NCBI GenBank assembly: GCA_028826165.1
Contig: JAPDFW010000136.1
Location: 744,001 to 808,000, forward strand
Reading direction: 5' to 3'
DNA length: 64,000 nucleotides
DNA from: Anaeramoeba ignava BMAN
Taxonomy: Eukaryota; Protista; Anaeramoebae
The notes beneath the pieces were generated by a model. It was not told where the DNA came from. It saw only the letters and a program-made list of their open reading frames with translations, and ran no database searches. The position numbers and the translations under genes are program-made. Positions 23,762 to 35,305 of the stretch are shown here, piece after piece (position 1 is the stretch's first letter; every line of letters starts with the position of its first letter).

Positions 23762-26700
23762 TTAATAATCATATAAAAGACTCAGAGCTCTTGCAGCATC
23801 TGTTTTAACTAAAGGACTTTTATCCTTCAATAATAAGATAATTTGACTGCAAATATGACCTTTGTTGATTGTATTACGCATATCTTTTGGGGTATGTTTG
23901 AGGAAATATGCAATTACTAAAGCAGAATTTGCACGAATTTGGGGTTCATCTGAAGTGAAAAATTGGATTCCAGTGATCAAATAATTGCTGATTCTTGGGG
24001 AATAAATGCGGGCAAGTAGTTTGCACAGAGAATCCAGAAAATTTTCATAATCAATACCTCTTTTGGGATTAATGACATTTGATTGGAAAAGGGAGTTGAT
24101 TTCGTTATTGAAGATCAAAAGTCCGTAATTTCGGAAAGTAAGTTTGACAGACTCTCTGACTTGGTTATTGGAATCGCGGAGATAGATCATCAAAGAGGGG
24201 AAGTTATTGTGGAATTGTTCTACAAGAGATATTCGTTGTTCGAAGTTGTTTTCGATACCAAATTTGGCGAGAGATGCGAAAAGATTGATGGATGCTGCGC
24301 GGATTTTTGGGTGTGGAGACATGAATGTTTGTCTCGTTCGCGAACAGTTGTGTGTGACGAATCCGTTTGCAATGAAAGTGTGGTGAATGCTTTCTGTCTG
24401 AAGATCCATAAGCGCCTGCTTGGGTGTTTCAACAACAGATTCAAGAGGAATGAGCATGAATGGATGATGAACTTGAACTAATTTTTGGAAATTGGAAAAT
24501 TTCATAATTTCGTTTTCTTTTGAGTTTCTTTTTTTCTTCTCTTCAAACTTTCTCTGAAGAAGATATTCTGTTTTTAACATAATTTCTTCTGTTTTTTCTT
24601 CTCTTTGCAAACGGAACCCAATTATGCGGAATAAATTCAAAATGTTTCTTAAATTCTGTGCAAAATTCAAAACGATAATGTTTTCTGATTCCAAAATTTT
24701 CGAAATTTCCAATTCGCAATCAATTCCGAATTCATGATATAAATTGAGTGCTTGAGTAAAGAGTTTTTTTGCAAAAACAAATTCTTGTGGATCATTGAAG
24801 GATTGTTTGATTGGAGAAAGAATGAAATCGCGATCGTTGTTTTGGATAAGAAGAGAGAATTCAGGGAATCTGCTTTGGAAACCAGCAAGCCATTCACGTT
24901 TTGATTGGGAAGAACAAGCGGGAAGCCAGTGAAATATTTGATGTGAAGGAAGACATAAAACAAAAAGAAGTGATAGAAATGCGTTGAAATTCTGGGAATG
25001 GAGAAATTGTGTCAGATCATTTTGGTCTTTTTGAATTAAATCAAGAGATAAGAAATCTTGCAAGAAATTTGGCTCATTTTGCAAGATGAGAGAAATGAAA
25101 TCATCTCTGAAACAATCAAAAGAAGAAGAAGAACGAGTGAGGAAAGGAAGTATTCGGGAAATGGTTGGAATTCGTTGATCTGAAGAAGAAAGTGGGATGA
25201 GTTGCTTTGATTCAAGAATATCAAGATTTTCTGAGATTTGAGATTGTGTGATTGTATTTTCAAGAGAAGATTTGAATTGAGAAACGGAAAGAATATCGAA
25301 AGAGGATGAGTTTTTGACAAGAATATCTGGGATGTTTTTGAGAGTGTGAGCAATAACAACACTATCATCAGAAGTGAGGAATTTTGCTGGAGAAAATTCA
25401 GATGAAGAAAATGAAACCAAAAACGGATGGTCTTCAGAAACAGTTATTTTTCTGCCTGAGATTGTTGTAACGACAAAGAGACGTCTTTCAATTTGGGTTT
25501 TCTCGAGTTGAAAGAAGTTGTTTATGTTGGTTTTCTTTATGACAAGTGATTCAGGATCAACAGTTGAAATTTGGAGATTTTGGGAAGAGAAGGTTTCTGA
25601 GAGATTACTGATTGAGGTTGAGGTGATCCCATCAGCGAGAAGAACGTTTGTGTCTTCAGCAACACAGAGCGTAATTAGATGCGGGGAAATGACGGAGATT
25701 GGGAGAACTTCGGAAATACGTTTGAGATTCTTCATTGCCTCAAATTCAACATCAACATGTTTTCCTTCAGTTGAAGGGAGAATCATTCCAAAAATTGAAC
25801 CGATGTATTTGGAAGAAACCTCAGAATCAACAGACACGATATTGCCCAGTCCACGGATTGCGCATTTAACGACTTTTGGACAAGGATCATTTTGGCGCGA
25901 AAACAAACAGTTCAAAACCATTGATAAAATCTTTGGCAGAGATGAAACATGGTTTACAAGTTCAGCAAAGACAGATGTTGCAGCGATTCTTTGACCTTCA
26001 ATGTTCTTTGTGAGATATGGATAAACAAACTCACAAAGTTTGACAATATGCTGCGGATTTTCAAGAACATATTGTCTCACAATAAGTTGAAGACCCTCCT
26101 CGAAATTTTCTCCTGAGGATAATGCTGTCCATGCATCTAATTGAAGATTCTTCTCGAAAAATCCTGGATCGTCGAATTGTTCTTCGTTTTTGTAAAGTTT
26201 CTCAAGAAGATCCTTTGGAGACGGTTGTTCGGGAATTTGCATAAATGTGTTTGGAATAATCTCCTTATCAACGTTTTGCTTTGTTTCTTTTGGCGGTTCT
26301 TCTTTTTCATCATCTTGGATCTGAATATTTTCGTTTGATTTTTCGTCTTCATTTTTTGGAGAAGAATCTTGTGTGTTTTCTTTATCAGGAATTGTTTTCT
26401 CATCAATCTCATCAGGTAATTTTTTGAGAACTTCACGTTTGAAGAGGAAACTTTGAGCAACAACACTAAGCAAAGAAACAGCATCTTTCATGTTCAACGA
26501 GTTGAAAAATTGTTTGAGAGTTTCTGTTGTTTGAGCAAGAAGAGTGGATTCGTTTGACAATCTGTTGGAATATGTTCCCACAACAGATCCAAAACGCATC
26601 AGAATTGCGCCGAGAATGTGAGCAGGTCTTTGCGCAAGAATATCATCAAAACACCCGCTTTCAAGAATACCTCCTAACGCAGCAGTTGCGGTTTGTGGAG

Positions 26701-29700
26701 GAATTGTTGGTTCATAAACAAGTTTTTGAGAATTTGTATCCATTCGTTCAGTAACAAGTGTTTGGTTGTTCATTGTATCGAGGAGAATTTTGAGCAATTC
26801 GGGCGCAAGTTCAGAATCTGATGCGATGGAAACAAAGCATTTCTCGTCAAGTGGGGAAAGTGGAGGAGGAACTGAGAAAAGAGTGCCAATCACAGAGGTG
26901 ATATTGAATCTTGCGAGTGTTTGAGCAGCATGAAGTGTTGCATTGAGTGTTTGAGGATTAGATATTTGGGCTAGCGAACCACGCAGTGATGAAAAAACAT
27001 TTGAAACTTGGTCTGTTAGTTCCTCTTTTCCACGGATGGTGATACATTCGTTATAGATCAGTGCAGCAGCGTTTGATCCGCTGTCACCGATATCTGCAAA
27101 TCCGTCCACAAGTGCGACAAGAAATTGCGTGATTTGATAACGTTTGAATAAACTTGTAATCGCAACCGCAATCTCTCGAGCGGTTTCAAGCATGGTTTGT
27201 GTTTGTACAGTGTCGATTCTCTCTCTCGAAAGCGCGAGTCTGAGAAGAGGTTTTGGTGGTTTGACAACACGGAAAGGAGTCTTGTTTTTGGATGCAAGAC
27301 GCAGTAAATAGTCAATATAAAGCATCATTTCAACAGTGTGGAAAGCGTGAGAACGAATCGGTATTTCCGGATCAAAACATCTTGGAATCATTACTGCAAG
27401 AACTTCTCCAACTCGATGGAAGTCCTTTTCTGAGAAAACAAGATCTTTCTCGATATCTCTGTGCTTTTTTCTGCGTTGGTTTGTTCTGAAATCAATAAAA
27501 TTCATTGCCAATTCCTCGACTGTTTCGCATGCTCTTGATCTTTGTAACGGATTTGATGATCTTAATTTTGGAGCAATGTAATGGAAAATTCTATGGAAAC
27601 AAGCCCCACTTGTGTCCATATAAAGAATGGAAGAAAGAACATCTGTGAAGCCTTGCATGATCAAGTCTGTTCCGCCATGAGAATATGATCTTGCGGAATC
27701 TTGCTTATCTTCCTTCTTGTGTCTGTGTTTGTGCCGTGATTTCTTCTCCTTCGTGGATTGCAGCGCTCCAGCAACACCCACATCCCATAGCTTCAAAAGC
27801 GCTTCAACAACCTTTTTCTCCTGTTCTGGAGGAAGAAGCGGCTTGAGCAACACCAGCGCCACAATTGCTCTCAACGAGAGAACAACAAGATTATTATAGT
27901 CGTTTTTAATAGCGGCTTCTTTGACAACTGTTTTTATATACGAGTCTCCATGCTCGCTTTCCTCTTGATGCTTCTCGGAATCCGAGACTCGCATTGAATG
28001 ATTAGGATCAATTCTTGTTGGTGATATGAAGCCAAGCAAAATATCGAGGAATTCTTCTCTTCGCTCGAAATGGTAATTGGGATCCTGATTGGTTGATCTT
28101 AACGCAGTTGCCATGTTGTCAAAACTGACAGCTATGGATTCCATTGTTGTGACAGGCGAGTTTGCTGAAGAGGAAAAATTTGACACCAACGGCATAAGTT
28201 GTTTCAAAACAGAAATTTCTAATCTCGACACCATTGTCTTTGATGGTGCGTTTGCAACTGCATATCCGAAACCTAGAATCACACTTTCTCGCATCCCAAG
28301 CATTTCTGGTCCTGATTTGTCCTTTTTCTGGAAAAATCCCGACCGTTTCACAACCATGTCAACTTCGATAATGTTCGCTAGAGCATCCAGAACCCTGTCG
28401 AAATGTGATCCTGCAACAAGTCCATATCCAACCGCAAAGCCTTCTCTTTCGAGTGCCTCCATTTTCCGCAGTTCTTGAAACATTCCTCTTAATTTCCGGA
28501 TCACCAGATCATTGTTCCGTGATTTCTGCAAGCAAATGCACAGGAAAATGTGCAATGTGCGTCTCGCTTCGCTATTTTTGCTGATCTCCAACTGTCTTCC
28601 AAACGCTTCTGCAAGAACACTGTTCCATTCATCATCATTCACAGTTGTCACTGTACTTCTGACGAATTTGACAAGCATACCGCGCCACTTGTCAATGCCA
28701 AAATTCTTGGCGTGATGTTTTTCGAGATAGTTCTGCAATCTCTGGATGTGTTTTTTCTCGAAGGCTTCATTGAGCGAAGGATGGAGAACGGGGGAAAGAA
28801 CTCTGAGCAAAGACAAGGCATTGGCACCTGGATCGTTTCTATCGTATGGAAGAATTGACATTGAGAGCAGACGGGCGTAAATATGCTGTGGCTTTGGCAG
28901 GTTAACGAGTTGGTCGAAATCAAGGAAAAATTCATCCGAATAATCGGTTTGATTTGGATCCTCAGCAGCAGCTCTCTTTTTCATAGCGACAACACCTGTT
29001 GATTTGCAGAGCATAGGCTGTGCCATAAGATACTCCTCTCTGTCGAGTAATTCTAGGGAATAAGGGCCATAAAATATTCTCAGCAGCACCAATACTTTGT
29101 GCCATCATCAACAATATCCGATCCGCATGGCTGCGTAGAGAGCGTGGCGACATCTCCAGAGAATACACCTTGTTCTTTGTCTTCTCCTTCTCCTTCTTCT
29201 GCTGTTTTTCCAGACGCTTTTTGTTCTTCTTATCGAAAGCATCGATCTCTTCATCGCCAATTGACGCGCACTTGAGAACAAACATCACAAGATCTTTTCC
29301 TCCAGCAACATACAAATACATCTGGTTCGCCATCGAAACAATCAGATCGCAAACCGCTGCAGACAGCGCATAATTCGTTCCTGTTGTCTGTATTAGATTT
29401 TTCACAGAAGCAACTATTGTTTCCTTCATGTCTTTCAGTTCGTTCGATGAATGTGTCACTAAATGCGTTATCAACTTCACAGCTCCTTCTTTGGTTTGTG
29501 TATCTTTCGCCTCCATTTTCGGGAGCAAGAAGCGAAATAGGTAGTGAATAAACGTTTCCGATATTATTGCAAAGCATCTCAAAAGTTCATTATGTATTTT
29601 GTAAGAATTTTGGTCTGTCGGATCAACAGGCACGCAGATCAACGGAAATATCGTTGTGAATACACTAGTTAGGGATTGTTCCGACAAACGGATGTCTCCG

Positions 29701-31381
29701 TTCTTCATGGCCTCAAACACGTTGTTTAAGCATCGAACAAGAGGTAAGTGGTCTCTGTTTTTTTCCTTCTGAAAAAGTTTCAATAATGCCGAAAGAAATC
29801 TTGATATTTCACCACGTAGCTTGTCTGCCTTCAAGATTATTAACAACGGTCCCATTGATTGTGCTGCTGCTAATCTTATCATCTTGTCTGATGACTTCAG
29901 CATCCATGAATCGAATAACCATGTGTAAAGTGTTGAAACTTCGGTTTGGAATGAATCGTATGTTATACTTTTGATATCAACTGAATCTTTATTTGCAACA
30001 TAATGAATAATTGCTTCAAAGAAGTTTCCCATTGCTTTTTAAATATAAATATAAATATAAATATAAATATAAATATAAATATAAATATAAATATAAAAAT
30101 AAATATTTAAATAAATATAAAATATAAAATAAATTTAAAATAAATATAAATATTTAAATAAATTTAAATAAATATAAAAATAAATATTTAAATAAAATAA
30201 ATATAAATATAAATATAAAAATAAAATTTAAAATAAATATAAATATAAATATAAATATAAATATTTAAATAAAAATAAATATAAATTTAAATAAATATAT
30301 AAAAATAAATATTTGAAAATAAAAATAAATATAAATTTAAATAAATATATAAAAATAAATATTTGAATATAAATATTTAAATAAATATAAATATAAATAT
30401 TTAAATAAATATAAATATAAATATTTAAATAAATATAAATATAAATATTTAAATATAAATATAAATATAAATATTTAAATAAATATAAATATAAATATTT
30501 AAATAAATATAAATATAAATATTTAAATAAAGATAAATATAAATATAAATATTTAAATAAATATAAATATAAATATAAATAAATATATTAAAATATCAAA
30601 TCTACTTTTTGCAAATGCTGCTTGCATTTTCTTGGATTTAATTGAACTTAAAATTGGTAATACTCTTGTGAAAATTTCTCCTAATCTAGGAACTGTAACA
30701 AGTGGATTTGATGATGTAAATTCTCCAAAACATGTTATAATATGATAATGTGGAATTGTTCCAATTTGAAATTTAAGTAATAATTGATCAATAACTTCTT
30801 TATGAAATCTTTTTCCTAAAGCAACTAATGTATTTGAACTTGCAATTTGGTTATCTTGATTATTATCCTATTTTTATAATATTTTTATAATATTTTAATT
30901 TTAAAATAAATTTTAAAATAAATTTGAATTTTAATTTACATTTGAGGATGTCATTTCATCAATTGAAAATTGAATAATATTTAATGCTAAATCGGAAGGA
31001 ATTCTTTCTATTTTTTGTTCTACTATTGTTGACATTAATTGAATAAAATGAATTCTAATTTCTTTGTTTAACTTTTTTTTTTTTAAAATATAAAAAAAAA
31101 TTTAATTCAAAAAAAAAAAAAAAGCAAAAAATAAAATAATTTTAATTATAAACCTTTTCTTTGCTAATATGATTTAAAATTGAAGAAACAACAAGTGGAG
31201 TTTTATGATTTCCAATTTCAATTAATGCATCAGAAACAGTACTTCTCACAGTTTTATTTGTATCAGAAACTGAAATAATTAATTGTTTAACCATCTCATC
31301 AATCATTCCTCCAGTTTGGATTACAATATTTGAACGAATTAAAGCTTGAGCTCTTGAAGTTTTTTTACCAAAAATTTTCAT
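23762..31381 (-). CDS. MROH1: Maestro heat-like repeat protein (MROH1/HEATR7A/SGR6-like) precursor containing an intein; 4 exons; +1 frameshift near 29067 (probable error)
   Basis: MROH motifs [93 protein letters not shown]. Exons at about 31381-31153, 31071-30940, 30868-30606 and 30034-23762. Confidence 0.88.
24347..25666 (-). mobile_element. Cis-splicing intein (440 aa; Cys1...His-Asn | Cys+1) with degenerate LAGLIDADG homing-endonuclease region
   Basis: Block [14 protein letters not shown]; block [19 protein letters not shown]; remnant block [22 protein letters not shown] and [12 protein letters not shown]; blocks [24 protein letters not shown] followed by C. Excision restores the HEAT helix ISPHLITL|CSRTRQTF...[12 protein letters not shown]. 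Confidence 0.95.
30040..30590. repeat. Intronic (TAAATA)n satellite expanding MROH intron 3 (~30035-30605)
   Basis: TAAATA/TAAATATT repeats between the GTAGAT donor and AAAG acceptor on the minus strand. Confidence 0.9.
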
Positions 31382-31463
31382 TTTAAAAAAAATAAAAAAA
31401 ATAAAAAATGAAAAAAATGAAAAATTAAAAAATGAAAAATTTATTTTTTCTTTCTTTTTAAAA

Positions 31464-32925
31464 ATGGATTTTGCTTATATTGTTACTTTAGTTGACCAAT
31501 TTCTTAAACAAAATGGTTTTACTTTTACTCATGAAATGTTTCAACAAGAAATTCAAGATAAATTTAATTTAAAAATATTACAATCAGAAAATGAATTAAT
31601 TCAAAGATTAAATGAACATGAAGAATTAAAAAAATCTTCAATTACAAAAGATAATCAACAAGAAAAATTAAGACAAGCTTTAGTTGAATTTGTAATTTTG
31701 AAAAAAAACAAACAATCAGAAAAAGAAAAAATTTTTCAATTAATTTTTTAATTTATTTTTTAATTTAGAAACATAAACAAAATAACCATCCTTTTAAATC
31801 AGATCTTTATAGACATTTTTCAGAAATTCATTCTGCTAATATTATTTCAGTTAAAATATCTCCAGATTGCCGTTTGATATTTTTTTTGATTATTTTTTTT
31901 TTCCTTTCATCAAATTTATTTTATTTTATTTATTTATAAAAGGTTATATTGCAACAACTTCAACAGATAAAACATTAAAAATAACAGAAATTAAAACAAA
32001 CAAAATTATTCAAACATTTGATAAAATTTCAAAAGGAACAATTTTATGTTTAGATTTTCATCCAAATGAAAAGTATTTTGAAAATTAAAATTAAAATCAA
32101 AATTAAAATCAAAATTAAAATTAAAATCAATATTTAAAAATATTAAAAAGTGTTATTCTTGGAGGAGCAATGGATGGAACACATTTCTTAATTAATTACT
32201 TGCAAAATCAAGATCCAATAAAATTTCGTGATCATTCCAAATATGTTTCTGTTGTATCTTTTTCAGAAAATGGGAATTACTTTTTAACAGGTTCACATGA
32301 TTACACAATTAACATTTACACAAAAACGGAACAAAAGGAAGAAAAACAAGAAAAGGAAATGAAAATAACTGAATTCACACACAAATCCAAATTCACATTT
32401 GTTGGAGTTATTGAATCAGCAATTTTTGGAAAAACAGAAACAGAAATTATAGTTTCATCAAGAAATGATCATTTTTTCCATTATATTGACTTAGAAACAT
32501 CACAAGACACACGAATAAACATGAATCAAAACTTGGACAACCACATTAGTTTCACAGTAATGGATCTCCAAGTCTCTCCTGATAAGAATCACTTGCTTGT
32601 CACAACTGACAAGGATCGTGTGTTGATTTATTTATATAAATCAAATTTACAAGTTCAAAGTCTTTATGGTACTTCAAATGACGAATTTACAAATCCAAAA
32701 TCTTGTTGGGATCCTTCTTCTCATTTTGTTTATTCAACTTCCCAAAGAGATTTTGAAGTTATTGTTTGGGATTATATTGATGGTGAAAAAGTTGCTAATC
32801 TTAATATTCATTCTGGTTTGATTAGAAATATTCATGTTCGTCTCAATAAATCAACTCAAGAAACTTTTATTGCAACTTGTTCATACGATAAAAGTGTTGC
32901 TTTATGGGTTAGAAAACAAATTTAA
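31464..32925 (+). CDS. LisH + WD40 repeat protein (multi-exon)
   Basis: LisH-like LVDQFLKQNGFTFT; WD40 motifs ATTSTDKTLKI, LTGSHDYTINIY, ATCSYDKSVALW; introns near 31692, 31871 and 32073. Confidence 0.8.
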
Positions 32926-33057
32926 TTCAATTCAATTCAATTCAATTCAATTCAAATCAAATAAAATTTCTTTCCAATTTTTCTTTTTTTTTTCTTTTTC
33001 TCTTTTATTGAGAATTTGATTTAAATTTAAATTAATTTGATTTGAATTCAATTCAAC

Positions 33058-34915
33058 TTAATTAGTTGCAATATGAAAACCACGACAACAACCAATTGAA
33101 TTCTTTTCATTTTGATCACAACAAGACCATTTTTGTTCATTAAAAAAATTCTATTAAAATTAAAATTAAAATTAAAAATTAAAATTAAAAATTGATTTGT
33201 GTTTCTCTTTTATTTACCCATTTTCCAGGATGAAAATAACAAGCTTCAGAATGATTTTGACGAGGACTAAATTTATTCCCACAATTTTTACACTTCATAT
33301 CCTTTTTTTTTTTTTTTGAAGAATAAAATTTTTTTTTTATAAATTAGGAATTCGGGACAAAAAAAAAAAAGTTCTTATTAAATTTACAGGAAGTGATTTT
33401 GACATTTCAAGTATTTTTTTCCTTTTCAATTTTGATAAAGCTTCAATATCTATACTTTGAACAAGTCCTTCAAAATCACTTCTTAAATTTGTCATTGTTT
33501 TTCTTTGATCTTCCACAATCTTTTTTAATTCTCGAATTGTTTCCACTAAATGAGCCACTTTTGCATATGCACAATCATTTTCAACATGGTCTTGAATCAC
33601 ACTTGATTTCCCAACAAATTTGCATCCTATATCTACATATGGACAAGGCTTCTCCATATGAATACATTCATTCTTTAAATGCTCTTCTTCGTGTTTTCTT
33701 TCAACTATATTTTTTTTTGATATTAAATTTAATTTTAATTTTAAATTTTTCTTTCTTGATTTTCTTTTTACATTTTTCATGACAAAATTTGCATTCAATA
33801 ATTTCAAATTCACAAACTGCTAAATGATCCTTTGGAAATGATTTAATAAAATAAATTGTGAAAATTTTAATTTGATGATTTTCGTTTTTTTTTTTAATAA
33901 AATTTTTCTTTTTCTTTTTCTTTTTTTTACTTGAAGATCTTTTGCAATAATAAATTCTTGACATTGTTTATTGGGACATGGTATCACACTAAATTGACAT
34001 TGTTTCATATGATTTCCAAGTTCAGATTGAACAACTTCAACATCACATCCTTTATTAGGACATTTAACTAATTAATTAGATAAAAAAAATGTTTTTTTTT
34101 TTAGATTTTTTGGAAATGATTTAAACATCAACTGAATATTTTTTTTTTTGAATTAAAATCCAACCAGTTCTAAAAGGACATTTTGCTAAATGAAGTGATA
34201 AATCACATCTTTTGCAAATGTGTGTGCAACCAAGTAAATTATTACTACAATAAACTTGAAGTTCATCCACCATTTTACAAACAAGATTGTGAGTTTTTGT
34301 CAAATTTGATAAAGTAAATTCTGCTCCACAAATCATACAATGACCTTTTTCAGCTTTTCCAATTTGTTTTAGTAAGCATCTATATATTTAATTTAATATT
34401 TATTTGAATATTTATTTTAATATTCATTTTTAATATTTAATTTAATATTTATTTTTAAATAAAAATCTTCATTACATCTTGCAAAATGTATGTCCACAAG
34501 GGCAATCAACAGGTTCATAAAAAGGTTTTCGACAAATTTCACAAACTAAATTTTTAGAAATATCATCTGAAACATAAAAGAATTTTGGAGTTTCAACTGT
34601 TAAATAAATAAATAATTAATTAATTAAATAATTAATTTTCATTAATTTTCATTAATTTTTTTGCTTGTTTTTTTTTTTACGATTTTCAATATCAATTTCT
34701 TGCATTTCATTTGAAATTAAAACATTTTCTAAATTTTCTTGTGATTGAGAAGAATTAATTGATTTTTCATTTTGATTTGTTTCTTTATTTTGTTGTTCTA
34801 ATTTTGGTGTATTTTCTTGTGAATTTATTGATTCTTCTTGTGGATTTGAATTTTTTTGAGAAAGGATAAGTTTTTCAAGTTCTAAACTTAAATCGTCTTG
34901 TTCTTCTTCAGTCAT
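33058..34915 (-). CDS. RING-finger + TRAF-type zinc-finger protein with C-terminal Cys/His zinc motif (multi-exon)
   Basis: RING LVCEICRKPFYEPVDCPCGHTFC..CMIC; TRAF fingers VYCSNNLLGC, CPNKGC, CPNKQC, CPYVDIGC; C-terminus CKNC..ACYFHPG..WSCCDQ..GCCRGFH. Confidence 0.82.
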
Positions 34916-35305
34916 TTTTGGTTTTTGATTTTCATTTTGATTTTCTTTTTGTTTCTGTTTTTCTTTTTGTTTTTCTTTTTGTTTTTTGTTTTGTTTTTTG
35001 TTTTTAAATTGTTTTTATAAAAAAAAAATAGAAAAAAAACCTTTTTTAGTTTGTTTTTTTTCTTTTGGATTCTTTTTCCAAAAACGTAATCTAAATCGTT
35101 TTTTTTTCTTTTCTTCTTGTTGATTTTTTGGATTTGACATTAAAAACAACAAACAAATAAAATTTTAAGAAAAAAAATGAAAGGAAAAAAATGAAAAAAA
35201 AATTTTTGAATTATTATTATTTTATTTTATTTTTTTTTATCAATGAAACAAATGGTTTTTTTTTCTTGTTTTGTTTTAGTTTTTGTTTGTTTTTTTTTTT
35301 GCTTC

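Noticed and set aside
24347-25666. Hedgehog-type Hint or bacterial intein-like domain instead of an intein
   Set aside because: Internal position, His-Asn|Cys end, endonuclease remnant and continuity of the host repeat all fit a true intein.
24083-29974. Numerous antisense/alternate-frame ORFs over MROH
   Set aside because: Expected shadow ORFs of a GC-richer exon; no recognisable domains.
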